A stretch of DNA of 64,000 nucleotides, taken from Longimicrobiales bacterium. Its GTDB lineage: Bacteria; Gemmatimonadota; Gemmatimonadetes; Longimicrobiales; Gaopeijiaceae. The stretch is taken from positions 3,552,001 through 3,616,000 of the forward strand of contig OZ241869.1 in assembly GCA_965202805.1 (NCBI GenBank), read 5' to 3'. Of this stretch, positions 1 to 11,140 are shown in pieces. The position numbers and the translations under genes are program-made. The notes under the pieces were generated by a model, which saw nothing but the letters and a program-made list of their open reading frames with translations, searched no databases and was not told where the DNA came from. The stretch's first letter is position 1, and every line of letters starts with the position of its first letter.

Positions 1-2
1 AC

Positions 3-299
3 GTCCCCAACGGCTGGATGCCGTCGGTGAAGCTGCTGGTCGAGGAACTCGGCGCCGACGTGAACGCGCGCGACCACAACGGCTACACCCCGCTGCACTT
101 CGCGGCTGCGCGCGGCGACAACGAGCTCATTCTCTACCTGGTGGAGAAGGGCGCCGACGTGATGGTGGTGAGCCGCCGCGGCCAGACCGTGGTCGACATG
201 GCCAACGGCCCGGTGCAGCGAATCCAGCCCTTCCCGGAGACCATCGCGCTGCTCGAGGGCATGGGCGCCATCAACAACCACAACTGCGTTTCCTGCTGA
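3..299 (+). CDS. Ankyrin-repeat protein, C-terminal part (5' end outside window)
   Basis: GADVNARDHNGYTPLHFAAARG and GADV..SRRGQT ankyrin motifs; frame open to the window edge. Confidence 0.85.
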   Translation, partial: VPNGWMPSVKLLVEELGADVNARDHNGYTPLHFAAARGDNELILYLVEKGADVMVVSRRGQTVVDMANGPVQRIQPFPETIALLEGMGAINNHNCVSC

Positions 300-407
300 C
301 CGGAGCCGGGGCTATCGTCGGTAAACGCGTCTGAAGGAACGTGGCTCACCTCCCGAGTTCTTGAAAACTCGGATGCGCACTCCGAGTTTTCTCGTTAGTT
401 TGGGGCC

Positions 408-1562
408 ATGCTTGCACGCCCCGACTATCTCCGGCGGCTGGAGGTCTCGACCGCGCGCGCTCCCGTCACAGCCCTGCTTGGGCCGCGACAGTGCGGCAAG
501 ACCACGCTCGCACGGCAGTTCGCTGCCGGGCGGAAGGCCACCCGCTTCGACTTGGAGTCGGAACCGGATGTCCGCCGGCTGGCCAATCCCGAGCTCGTTC
601 TCGGATCCCTGGATGGACTGGTGGTGCTGGACGAGGTGCAGCGGATGCCGAAGCTCTTCTCGGCCCTCCGGGTGCTGGTGGACCGGCCGGGCTCACGGAC
701 GCGGTTTCTCATCCTGGGCAGCGCGGCGCCGGATCTGGTGCGCGGCGTCTCGGAATCGCTGGCCGGACGGGTGGAACTCATCGAGATGAGCGGCTTCGGC
801 CTGGATGAGACCGGTATGCCGCAGTGGCGCGATCTCTGGATGCGCGGAGGCTTTCCCCGCTCCTATCTGGCAGCGTCGGACGACGACAGCCGGGCTTGGC
901 GGGATTCGTTCGTAAGCACGTTCCTGGAACGGGACGTGCCCCAGCTCGGGATCTCCATTCCCGCTGCGGCAATGCGGCGTTTCTGGACCATGCTGGCGCA
1001 TTCGCACGGCCAGACATGGAACGCATCCAACCTGGGACGCGCGCTGTCGCTGTCCGACAAGACGGTGCGTCGCTACCTGGATCTGCTTACCGGCACCTTC
1101 ATGGTCCGGCAACTGCAGCCGTGGTTTCACAACATCGCCAAACGCCAGATCAAGGCACCCAAGGTCTACGTGCGCGACACGGGCCTGCTGCATACCCTGC
1201 TGGGGATCCCGCACGATGCGGCGCTGCTCTCGCATCCGCGTGTGGGAGCTTCTTGGGAGGGGTTCGTGATCGAGCAACTGCTGCGCGTCCTGCGTCCGGC
1301 GGATGCCTGGTTCTGGGCCGCGCACGGGGGCGGAGAGCTGGATCTGCTGGCTACCGTCGAGGGTCGATGGACGGGATTCGAGATCAAGTTCAGCGAGTCC
1401 CCATCTGTTCCGCGCAGGACTCGCGCCTCGGCGGATGCGCTGGAAGTGGATCACCTGTTCGTAATGTGCCCCGCGCCGCAATCCTATCCGGTCAGCGAGC
1501 GGATCACGGTGGTCCCGCTCTGGGAGATCGGGACGCTTCGCGAGCGGATAGCGGGAGGTTAG
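408..1562 (+). CDS. AAA_14-type ATPase with DUF4143 domain
   Basis: Walker A GPRQCGKTT, Walker B VVLDEVQ, ESLAGR, KAPKVYVRDTG, C-terminal ELD..FEIK nuclease-like motif. Confidence 0.88.
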   Translation: MLARPDYLRRLEVSTARAPVTALLGPRQCGKTTLARQFAAGRKATRFDLESEPDVRRLANPELVLGSLDGLVVLDEVQRMPKLFSALRVLVDRPGSRTRFLILGSAAPDLVRGVSESLAGRVELIEMSGFGLDETGMPQWRDLWMRGGFPRSYLAASDDDSRAWRDSFVSTFLERDVPQLGISIPAAAMRRFWTMLAHSHGQTWNASNLGRALSLSDKTVRRYLDLLTGTFMVRQLQPWFHNIAKRQIKAPKVYVRDTGLLHTLLGIPHDAALLSHPRVGASWEGFVIEQLLRVLRPADAWFWAAHGGGELDLLATVEGRWTGFEIKFSESPSVPRRTRASADALEVDHLFVMCPAPQSYPVSERITVVPLWEIGTLRERIAGG

Positions 1563-1628
1563 AAGCGGGAGAGGAGTCGATGGCCAGGGCCGGCCGCTCG
1601 ACAGATCGGGTGCTCCTGACAGTGCGGA

Positions 1629-4600
1629 TCACCCTCCTCCCCTCCTGAGCCACGCATCCACCGGCAGGTCGTCGGTGGTCTGGGCGTCCTCGTCCACCCA
1701 GTAGTAGGGCCCGAAGGGGCGGGTCTCGGGCCACACTTCGTCGAGGCTATCGGCCTCGTACAGCACGCCGTGCTGCATCACGTACTCGATGTCCATGGTG
1801 TTGCGGATGTCTTCCAGGGGACTGGAGCGCAGCACCAGCAGGTCCGCGAGCTTGCCGGCCTCCAGTGAGCCGATATCCTGTTCGGCGCCCAGGAAATATG
1901 CTCCGCCGTACGACGCAAGGTGCAGAGCCCCGAGGGGACCCAGCCCGGAGGCGGCCATCCAGATCTCCCAGTGCATGCTGGTGCCGTGGTGCTCGCCGTG
2001 TCCGCCGAGCGCGCCGGCTCCGCCCGCCGTCACGATGTCGGCCAGCCCCTGGGCGATGAGCGGGTAGCTGTAGTCGGTCTCCGGGCGCAGCATCCGTCGG
2101 CGCAGGAAGGCGGTCATGCGCCAGGGCATCCAGCGGCGCTGCTTCTCATGCAGCCAGACATCCGATTCCGCGTACCAGTATTCGATATTCGCCGCGGTGG
2201 GGCTGTCGAACATGAAGGGGTTCGAGTAGACGGTTCCCGCCTGCGCGAAGAACTGCACGGCATCCGAGTAGAGAGGAACGACGCTTATCGGATGCTCCCA
2301 GCCGGTGTAGCCGTCCATCGCCTGGCCCAGGTTGTACTCCAGCTCGTAGCCTTCGGCGGTGAGGTTGAGGTTCCTGGAGCGGGCAACGTCGGCGATCCAC
2401 TGACGCCGGTCGCGAAGCGGGTGGGAGTGCTGCTTGAGCGAGACAGCGCCCCATGACTGGAGGCGATCGATGGCGTTTTCGGTGGCCGCGTAGTCGCCGA
2501 GCTCTTCGTAGGGAAGGGGATCACCCGTCGTAAAGCTGCGCGGGCCGATCATGCGCCCGGCGCGGATGAGTTCGGCGGTGGGGAAGGTGTTCTGGTGCCA
2601 GAGGGAGTTGTCGAGCCGCGTGGTTACGCCGTAGGCGAGGTAGATGCCCGCCTCGTAGTCGCGCAGAGGCCGATGGCCCCGGTGCTCGCGATTGCTGTGC
2701 GAATGCATGTCGACGAACCCGGGCACGATGGTGCGGCCGGATGCGTCGATGACGCGGTCGGCGCTCTCCGTGTCGCATTCCCCGACGCATACGATGCGGC
2801 GCCCGTCCACCACCACTGTGCCGCGCTCCAGCACCTCGTCCTGATCGACCCCCGCGAGCGTGACCAGGCGCGCATTGGTGAGCGCGACCCGCCCGGCAAC
2901 CTCACGGCGCGGTACCTCCAGCCGGATGTCGAAGGTGTCGGCGCGCTGGGCGTCCACGTCGTGCCGGTAGTAGCGCGCGGCACTCCCGAACTCGACCGTG
3001 GACGCATCGCGCCAGCGCACGAACAGGCCCCCGGTGTGGCTTAGGCGCTCGATGGGGAGGGAACTGTCGCGGCGGTTGAGCGCCACCGGGCCGCCGGCGC
3101 CTTCGGCGGGCGCGAGCGGGGCCACCCAGATGTCGTTGGCCTCCTGGAAGGCCAGCCAGCGGCCGTCCGGCGAGGGCGCGACCTCCTCGGCGGACTCGAG
3201 AACCATGTGGACCCTGCGGTCCCCGCCGTCCCTGGCGACCGAGGCGACCTCGACCCCCGCGTTCGTGATCTCCGGATAGAAGATACGCCCGTCCGGCCCC
3301 CACGACGGGGCCACGATCGCCGTCCGCTGCACCCGCTCGGGACCGCTGCCGGTGGGAAGCGCGACCCGCACCACGCGTACCCCCTCCCCCCCGTCGGCCG
3401 GGAAGCGCTGCAGGTCCCACCACGGGTTGTGCGTGACCGTGCGCCCGCGCAGGGTGGCCCCCGACCCGCGGGCGACCACGATCTCGCTCCCGTCCGCGCT
3501 CCACGCGGGGTGCACGTACTCCCCGCGCCGTGCACTCACCTGCACGGGATCGCCGCCACCCGCGCGCACCTTCCAGAGGTGACCGCCCCCGGTGTCGTCG
3601 AGCGTCGTGAAGGCGATCCACTCCCCGTCCGGCGACCAGGCCGGCCCGAACTCCTGCACCGGAGCGAAGTCCTCCGGCGTGGCCCGGCGCGGGGTGCCCG
3701 AGGGCAGCTCGGCCACCCATATCCGGCCGATGGCCTGGAAGGCCACGGTGGCAGCATCCGGCGAGGCGGTGTGCCAGCGCAGGAACTCCGCCTCGAAGGG
3801 TCCGTCCTCGATGCGGAACCGGAGCCTGGCGCGCTCCGAGATGGTGCGCCGGACCCGCGCCTCGAACGGAACCCGGCGCACGTCGCCGGACGCCACGTCC
3901 ACCAGCCCGATGGCCCCGCCCCCGGAGATCACGATTGTGCCCCCGTCCGCGGACCAGGCATACCCGGGCAGGACGCGCAGGCTCTTGTCGCCGCTCTCCA
4001 TCGCGATGTTGATCGGGTCGACCAGCTTGCGCTCCGCCCCGGTCTCGAGGTCGAACAGCCACAGCGCGGTGCGGGGGCCGAAGCGGTGGCCCTTGAACGA
4101 CACGGTTGCCGCCGGCAGGTGGCGGGCAAAGGCGAGCCGGCGCCCGTCCGGAGAGGCTTCCGGGGCGAACGCGCCGCCGCTCGAGCGCCGTCCGGACGCG
4201 GTGCTGAAGGAGGTCCCGCTGGTTAGGTCGATGGTGTGCCCGGTCCGCATGTCGAACCGGCGGATCTGGTAGGCGCCGTCGAGGGCGTCGCGGTCCCGGC
4301 CCCCCTCGACGTCGTGGTAGTAGAGGTAGCGCCCGTCCGGGGACACCGACGGCCAGTGCGCCCCCCCGTCGTCCACCAACCGCGCCCCCTCGCCTCCGTC
4401 CCTGTGGTGCATCCACAGCCCCAGGCCGTTTTCCCCCACCCCGCCGCGCCCGATCGGGTCGCGCCGCACCACGATGAACTCGCCGTCGGGTGTCCACGCC
4501 GGGGTGACCGCGCGCGAGTTCAGGTCGTGGAAGACCGGCCGCGCGTTCCCTCCGTTCGCGTCCATGACCCACAGGTTGTCCTGTCCCGCGCGGTCCGAGA

Positions 4601-4973
4601 TGAAGGCGATGCTCGCCCCGTCCGGCGAGATGCGCGGGTGGTAGTTGACCGCTACCCCGCTCTCCTGGGTGAGCGACTCCGCCGCCCCGCCCTCCGCCGG
4701 CACCCGGTAGATGTGACCCAGCAGGTCGAACACGACCCAGGAGCCGTCGGGTGCAAGGTCGACCGACATGCGCGTGCCTTCGGTAGTGGTGAAATCGATC
4801 TCGCGGGTCTGGCCGCGGGGCAGGCGCACGTCCCAGCCGTCCTGCGCGGATGCGGGGCGAGCCGAAGCCGCGAGTGAGAAAGCCAGGAGACCGGAAGCCG
4901 CCATCACGGCGGCGCGGAAGCGTGGCAGCCAGAGGTGTCGATGCCGCAGGGGCAGGGTGGTCGTGACGCGCAT
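1629..4973 (-). CDS. Secreted amidohydrolase with N-terminal PD40/TolB-like beta-propeller repeats
   Basis: Many P-x-W/I-SPDG repeats, PGFVDMHSH metal motif, GSLEAGKLADL; ATG at 4973 has GGAGG upstream and a signal peptide follows; the longer 1500-aa call overlaps the next gene. Confidence 0.85.
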   Translation of the reverse strand: MRVTTTLPLRHRHLWLPRFRAAVMAASGLLAFSLAASARPASAQDGWDVRLPRGQTREIDFTTTEGTRMSVDLAPDGSWVVFDLLGHIYRVPAEGGAAESLTQESGVAVNYHPRISPDGASIAFISDRAGQDNLWVMDANGGNARPVFHDLNSRAVTPAWTPDGEFIVVRRDPIGRGGVGENGLGLWMHHRDGGEGARLVDDGGAHWPSVSPDGRYLYYHDVEGGRDRDALDGAYQIRRFDMRTGHTIDLTSGTSFSTASGRRSSGGAFAPEASPDGRRLAFARHLPAATVSFKGHRFGPRTALWLFDLETGAERKLVDPINIAMESGDKSLRVLPGYAWSADGGTIVISGGGAIGLVDVASGDVRRVPFEARVRRTISERARLRFRIEDGPFEAEFLRWHTASPDAATVAFQAIGRIWVAELPSGTPRRATPEDFAPVQEFGPAWSPDGEWIAFTTLDDTGGGHLWKVRAGGGDPVQVSARRGEYVHPAWSADGSEIVVARGSGATLRGRTVTHNPWWDLQRFPADGGEGVRVVRVALPTGSGPERVQRTAIVAPSWGPDGRIFYPEITNAGVEVASVARDGGDRRVHMVLESAEEVAPSPDGRWLAFQEANDIWVAPLAPAEGAGGPVALNRRDSSLPIERLSHTGGLFVRWRDASTVEFGSAARYYRHDVDAQRADTFDIRLEVPRREVAGRVALTNARLVTLAGVDQDEVLERGTVVVDGRRIVCVGECDTESADRVIDASGRTIVPGFVDMHSHSNREHRGHRPLRDYEAGIYLAYGVTTRLDNSLWHQNTFPTAELIRAGRMIGPRSFTTGDPLPYEELGDYAATENAIDRLQSWGAVSLKQHSHPLRDRRQWIADVARSRNLNLTAEGYELEYNLGQAMDGYTGWEHPISVVPLYSDAVQFFAQAGTVYSNPFMFDSPTAANIEYWYAESDVWLHEKQRRWMPWRMTAFLRRRMLRPETDYSYPLIAQGLADIVTAGGAGALGGHGEHHGTSMHWEIWMAASGLGPLGALHLASYGGAYFLGAEQDIGSLEAGKLADLLVLRSSPLEDIRNTMDIEYVMQHGVLYEADSLDEVWPETRPFGPYYWVDEDAQTTDDLPVDAWLRRGGG

Positions 4974-5168
4974 CGGAGACCTCCGGAACCAGGAGTGGGT
5001 AGACAATCGCCCAGACGTCGATAGTGCCGCTCCGCGTGACCCGCGCGCAACCGGAATCACGCTTGACAGGGCCCCCTCTTCCCCCGCTATTGAAGCTTGT
5101 GCTGGTGCGTCCGATTTCGCGCCGGCGCCGCGCATGACTCGATGCGGTTTCCATCGACGGGAGGCACG

Positions 5169-7628
5169 ATGAGGATATTTGTCGCCGGGCTGATGGCTCT
5201 CGGCGTGACCGTGGCGGGCATGGAGCCCGGCATCTCCGGCTTTGACCGGGGAGCCCGGGGCGTTAACCCGGCGAGCGACATCTCGCTCGCATTCTCGGCG
5301 AACCGTGCGCGCGCCCCGCATCCCGCTCCGGAGAGCCTCACCAACATCGTGCAGACGTACTGCGTCGTTTGTCACAATGACGTCCTCCTGACCGGCAACA
5401 CCACGCTGCAGGGCTTCGAGGTCGAAAACGCGACCGACAACGCCCAGGTCGCCGAGCGCATGATCATGAAGCTGCGCGCCGGCATGATGCCGCCCCCGGG
5501 CTTTCCGCGGCCGGCGGGCGACTCGCTTCTGGCCCTGGTGGAGACGCTCGAGTCGACCCTGGACGAGGCCGCGGCGCGCAACCCCAACCCCGGTACCCGC
5601 ACCTTCCAGCGCCTCAACCGCGCGGAGTACGAAGCCTCCGTCGACGACCTGCTCGGGCTCAGGATCGACGCCGGCCTCTACCTGCCCCTCGACACCAAGA
5701 GCGCCAACTTCGACAACATCGCCGACGTCCAGTTGCTCTCCCCCACGCTCATGGACGCCTACCTGAACGCGGCCGCCGAGGTCAGCCGGCTGGCGGTAGG
5801 CAACCTGGAGGTGCTCCCGAGCGAGACCACCTACTCCAAGTCCGGTTACTTCTCCCAGTGGGAGCGCATCGACGGGGCGCCCTTCGGCACCCGCGGCGGC
5901 ATCTCCGCCCTGCACAACTTCCCCGCCGATGGCGAGTACCGCGTCAAGATGGCCTTCGACCACACCACCACGGGGGAGTTCTTCGGCAACGTCACGCAGG
6001 GCGAACAGATCGAGATCTCCATCGACGGGGAGCGCGTCGCGCTGCTCAACGTCGACCAGTTCATGCACGTGGCCGACCCCAACGGAGCGAACCAGGAGAG
6101 CCGGTCCTTCTTCGTCACCGCCGGGCCGCATCAGATCTCGGCGGTCTTCCTCAAGCAGTTCGAGGGGCCGGTGCCCGACCTGATGTCACGCCACGACTGG
6201 TCGCTGGCCGATCGCCGCATCGGCGCGGACGGGTACGGCATCACCGCCCTCCCGCACATCAAGGACCTGACCATCGCGGGTCCCTTCCAGGTGACCGGCG
6301 TTTCCGAGAACCCGGTTCGGCGCCGCATCTTCTCCTGCCGGCCCACCGCTCCCGAAGAAGCCGAGGCCTGCGCGCGCGACATCGTGACCCGGCTCGGCGC
6401 CCGCGCCTTCCGGCGCTCGCTCACGGAGCTCGATGCCGCGGAACTCATGGAGTTCTATCGGCAGGGCGAGGAGGCGGGCGGCTTCGAGACCGGCGTGCGC
6501 CTCGCGCTGCAGGCGATCCTGGCGAGCCCGGACTTCGTCTTCCGCTTCGAGCCGGTCGCCGGCAGCGAGCGCGACGGCAGCTACCGCATCAGCGAGCTGG
6601 CCCTGGCCAGCCGGCTCTCCTACTTCCTCTGGGGCACGCCTCCCGACGAGGAACTGGTGGCGCTGGCCGAGCGCGGCCGTCTCTCGGGCAACCTTCGGGA
6701 GCAGGTCGAGCGCATGATCGCCGACCCGCGTTCCGGGGCGCTCGGCACGCGCTTCGCCAACCAGTGGCTGCGCCTCCAGGACCTGGACCTGGTGCATCCG
6801 GACCGCCTGATGTTCCCGGACTACCACCAGCAGCTCGCCGATGCCATGACGAGGGAGACGGAGCTCCTCTTCATGAACCTGGTGCGCGAGGACCGCAGTT
6901 TCCTCGAGCTCTACACGGCCGACTACACCTTCGTGAACGAGCGGCTGGCGAGGCACTACGGCATTCCGGGGGTGGTGGGCGAGGAATTCCAGCGGGTCCG
7001 GTATCCCGACGACCGGCGCGCCGGCATCTTCGGCCACGGCAGCGTCCTCACCCTCACGTCGGTGGCCAACCGCACCTCCCCGGTGCTGCGCGGCAAGTGG
7101 GTGATGGAAGTGGTTCTGGGCACCCCGCCGCCGCCCCCTCCGCCGGGCGTCCCCGACCTGGAGGAAACCGAGGCGGTGGAGGGCACCACCATCCTCACGA
7201 CCCGCGAGCGCATGGAGAGGCACCGGGCAAGCCCGGTGTGCAACTCCTGCCATCAGTTCATGGACCCGATCGGGCTGGCGCTCGACAACTTCGACGTGAC
7301 CGGGAAGTGGCGCATCCGCGAGCACGGCATCCCGCTCGACACGCGCGGGACCTTCTACGACGGAAGCGACGTGACCACCCCGCAGGAGCTGCGCGCGGTG
7401 CTGCTGGAGCGCCCCGAACCGCTGATCCGCCACTTCACCGCGAACCTGATGGCGTACGCGCTCGGTCGCCGGATGGAGTACTACGACCAGCCCGAGATCC
7501 GTGAGATCGCGCGCAAGGCGGCGGCCGAGGGCAACCGCATGTCGGCCTTCATCGTGGGCGTCGTCGAGAGCGAGGCCTTCCAGATGAAGAGCGCCGTCAC
7601 GGCAGAGGACGCGCAGAGCGAAAGCTGA
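5169..7628 (+). CDS. DUF1592/DUF1588-family (Planctomycete-type) cytochrome c protein
   Basis: CVVCH and CNSCH heme motifs, RLNRAEY, LASRLSYFLW, RTSPVLRGKWV, PPPPPP. Confidence 0.85.
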   Translation: MRIFVAGLMALGVTVAGMEPGISGFDRGARGVNPASDISLAFSANRARAPHPAPESLTNIVQTYCVVCHNDVLLTGNTTLQGFEVENATDNAQVAERMIMKLRAGMMPPPGFPRPAGDSLLALVETLESTLDEAAARNPNPGTRTFQRLNRAEYEASVDDLLGLRIDAGLYLPLDTKSANFDNIADVQLLSPTLMDAYLNAAAEVSRLAVGNLEVLPSETTYSKSGYFSQWERIDGAPFGTRGGISALHNFPADGEYRVKMAFDHTTTGEFFGNVTQGEQIEISIDGERVALLNVDQFMHVADPNGANQESRSFFVTAGPHQISAVFLKQFEGPVPDLMSRHDWSLADRRIGADGYGITALPHIKDLTIAGPFQVTGVSENPVRRRIFSCRPTAPEEAEACARDIVTRLGARAFRRSLTELDAAELMEFYRQGEEAGGFETGVRLALQAILASPDFVFRFEPVAGSERDGSYRISELALASRLSYFLWGTPPDEELVALAERGRLSGNLREQVERMIADPRSGALGTRFANQWLRLQDLDLVHPDRLMFPDYHQQLADAMTRETELLFMNLVREDRSFLELYTADYTFVNERLARHYGIPGVVGEEFQRVRYPDDRRAGIFGHGSVLTLTSVANRTSPVLRGKWVMEVVLGTPPPPPPPGVPDLEETEAVEGTTILTTRERMERHRASPVCNSCHQFMDPIGLALDNFDVTGKWRIREHGIPLDTRGTFYDGSDVTTPQELRAVLLERPEPLIRHFTANLMAYALGRRMEYYDQPEIREIARKAAAEGNRMSAFIVGVVESEAFQMKSAVTAEDAQSES

Positions 7629-8132
7629 TCAGCCCCCGTCCTCGCCCTGCCGCTGTCCGAGTTCGGTCTCGAGCAGCAGGAGCGCCGACTTGTCGTCGCC
7701 GGCCAGGCGCAGCCGGTCGGCGATGTCGGAGGCCACCTTCTCCTCCTGCACCTGCTCGTTGACGAACCACTGCAGCATCACCTGGGTGGGGTAATCGGCC
7801 TCCTCCACGGCGAGGCGGTAGAGTTCGCCGATGAGCGCGGTCACCTTGCGCTCGTGGGCGAGCGCGGCCTGAAACACCTCAAGCGGCGACCCGAACTCCG
7901 AGGGCGGGGCGTCGATTCGCCCGAGCGCGACCCGACCGTCACGGTCGTTCACGAAGTCGAAGATGCGCAGGGCGTGCTCCCGCTCCTCGTCCGCCTGCAT
8001 GCGCATCCAGTGCGCGAAGCCCGGGTATCCGGTCCGCTCGAAGTACGCGCTCATGGAGAGGTAGTAGTGGCTCGCGTAGAACTCCTGCACGATCTGCTCG
8101 TTCAGCGCTGCCTGAATCCTGTCGCCGATCAT
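7629..8132 (-). CDS. ftnA: Non-heme ferritin
   Basis: LNEQIVQEFYASHYYLSM, QADEEREHA, HERKVT, LQWFVNEQVQEE ferroxidase residues; 167 aa. Confidence 0.9.
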   Translation of the reverse strand: MIGDRIQAALNEQIVQEFYASHYYLSMSAYFERTGYPGFAHWMRMQADEEREHALRIFDFVNDRDGRVALGRIDAPPSEFGSPLEVFQAALAHERKVTALIGELYRLAVEEADYPTQVMLQWFVNEQVQEEKVASDIADRLRLAGDDKSALLLLETELGQRQGEDGG

Positions 8133-8287
8133 CTGTTGTTTCCTGTGGGTGAATGGACGAACTGCCTTTGCGCCGATGCTTCCTCCAAGCCCGGCTTCCG
8201 TGCGGCTGATACCCCGTCCGGGAGACATTCCTTCCGGCCCATCACCGCGATGACAACGAGAGTTGCCGTCCAGGCTTGATTCCGCGC

Positions 8288-8317
8288 TTGCAACATGGTC
8301 AACTATATGGTTATGTT
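8288..8317 (+). promoter_or_regulatory. Putative sigma70 promoter of the TA operon
   Basis: TTGCAA-N18-TATGTT in an AT-rich patch, 7 nt before the antitoxin ATG. Confidence 0.45.
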
Positions 8318-8324
8318 TCTGGTC

Positions 8325-8573
8325 ATGATCAGGATCAACATCGCGGAAGCGAAGGCCGGCCTGTCCGGATACCTGGCGCGGGTCGAGCAAGGTGAGACCA
8401 TCGTTCTCTGCCGCCGCAACGTGCCCATCGCGGAGATACGTCCGATCCCCGCCGCACCCACCCGGAAGCGTCCCATCGGCATCGATCGGGGCATGACCGT
8501 GCCGGACGATTTCTTCGAGCCCTTGCCCGATGAGCTCTTGCGCGCGTTCGGAACGCCGGGCGAAGAACCATGA
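8325..8573 (+). CDS. Phd/YefM-family antitoxin
   Basis: INIAEAKAGLSGYLARVEQGETIVLCRRNVPIA; ATGA overlap with the PIN toxin. Confidence 0.88.
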   Translation: MIRINIAEAKAGLSGYLARVEQGETIVLCRRNVPIAEIRPIPAAPTRKRPIGIDRGMTVPDDFFEPLPDELLRAFGTPGEEP

Positions 8574-8956
8574 AGCTCCTGGTGGACACTTGCACCTTCC
8601 TGTGGCTGGCGGCTGCGGATCCGCAGGTGACGCCGGTGGCGCTGTCGGCCTGCCGAGACCCGGGGAACCCCGTCTACCTGAGCGCGCTGTCCGCATGGGA
8701 AATCGCCATCAAGCACCGGATCGGCCGGTTGCCTCTGCCCGACCCTCCCGTCCGCTACGTCGGGAGCCGGCGCGAATGGCTCGGTCTGGAGCCGCTGCCC
8801 TTCGACGAAGCCGCGGCAGCCCACGAAACCCTCCTGCCGCCGCTGCATTCCGATCCGTTCGACCGCGGGCTGGTCTCGCAGGCCATACTGCACGGACTGA
8901 CCATCGTCACGCCGGACAAGGCGATTGCCGCCTATCCGGCGCCGGTGCTGTGGTGA
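8570..8956 (+). CDS. vapC: VapC/PIN-domain toxin
   Basis: LLVDT, SAWEIAIK, HSDPFDR, IVTPD; 128 aa. Confidence 0.9.
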   Translation: MKLLVDTCTFLWLAAADPQVTPVALSACRDPGNPVYLSALSAWEIAIKHRIGRLPLPDPPVRYVGSRREWLGLEPLPFDEAAAAHETLLPPLHSDPFDRGLVSQAILHGLTIVTPDKAIAAYPAPVLW

Positions 8957-9040
8957 TGCCGTTCAGTTCTTTACTCCGGTGGCCCGCGCCTGTAGGTTTC
9001 TCCCTCCCCGCCTCCGGCGTTTCAGTTGAAACCCCGGAGA

Positions 9041-9415
<375 letters not shown>

Positions 9416-9446
9416 GCGGGGGAGCACGCGGTCATGGCCGCGACCC

Positions 9447-9520
<74 letters not shown>

Positions 9521-9558
9521 TCCTCCCTCCCGGGCCCCGTAGTCGCCGGCCCGGGGGA

Positions 9559-10339
<781 letters not shown>

Positions 10340-10347
<8 letters not shown>

Positions 10348-11140
10348 AACGCCCCTCGATGTAGTCGTGCGTGCGCGGGTCCTTCACGATGCCGCCGAAG
10401 ATGCGCGCGGTGTCGCTGGTCTCGACGTGCTCGCCGGTCAGGAAGAAAGCGGTTCGGTCCGCCAGGCGCCTCGCCTGCTGTACGAGATTGGTCACCAGCA
10501 CGATCGACATCTCGTTCTTCAGCTCCTTGAGAACGTCCTCGATACGCATGGTGGTGACCGGATCCACGGCGATCGAGAATTCGTCCAGGAGCAGAAGATC
10601 GGGTTCCTGCGAAAGCGCGCGCGCGATGGTCAGGCGCTGCTGCTGGCCTCCGGAGAGCAGGCTCCCGAGCGAGTCCAGGCGGTCCTTCACCTCCTCCCAG
10701 AGGGCGGCCCGCCGCAGGCATCGTTCGACAATCGCGTCGAGCTCGCCCGCCTTGCGCACGCCCCGCAGCCGCGGAGCCAGGGCCACGTTCTCGTAGACCG
10801 TCAGCGGGAGCCCCACCGGGAGCGGAAAGACCACGCCGATGCGGCTGCGCAGGGCGTAGACGTTGCGCACGCGGCGGATGTCGCGTCCATCGAAGGTGAT
10901 CCGGCCCTCGACCGCCATCTCCGGGATGAACTCGTCCATGCGGTTCAGGGCGCGCAGGAACGAGGTCTTGCCCGAGCCCGCGGGGCCGATGATCCCCAGG
11001 ATCTCGTTGCGGCGAACGGACAAATCCAGTCCTCGCAGCGCCACGTGGTTCCCGTAGCGAATCGTGAGGTTCTGCACGACCACCTTCGGGGGCGCGTCGG
11101 CCGGGGCGGCGCCTCCCCTCGGAGCCACGCCCTCTACCAC
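10340..11140 (-). CDS. pstB: Second phosphate ABC transporter ATPase (degenerate Q-loop and H-loop)
   Basis: GPAGSGKTS, LSGGQQQRLTIARAL, YIEGRFG; GTG start overlaps the pstA stop. Confidence 0.87.

Noticed and set aside
408..1562. AAA/DUF4143 gene as a novel defence system
   Set aside because: Widespread stand-alone family with no partner genes here
4974..6131. N-terminal 385 aa of the 1500-aa ORF
   Set aside because: Antisense shadow of the DUF1592 gene; the start with RBS and signal peptide is at 4973
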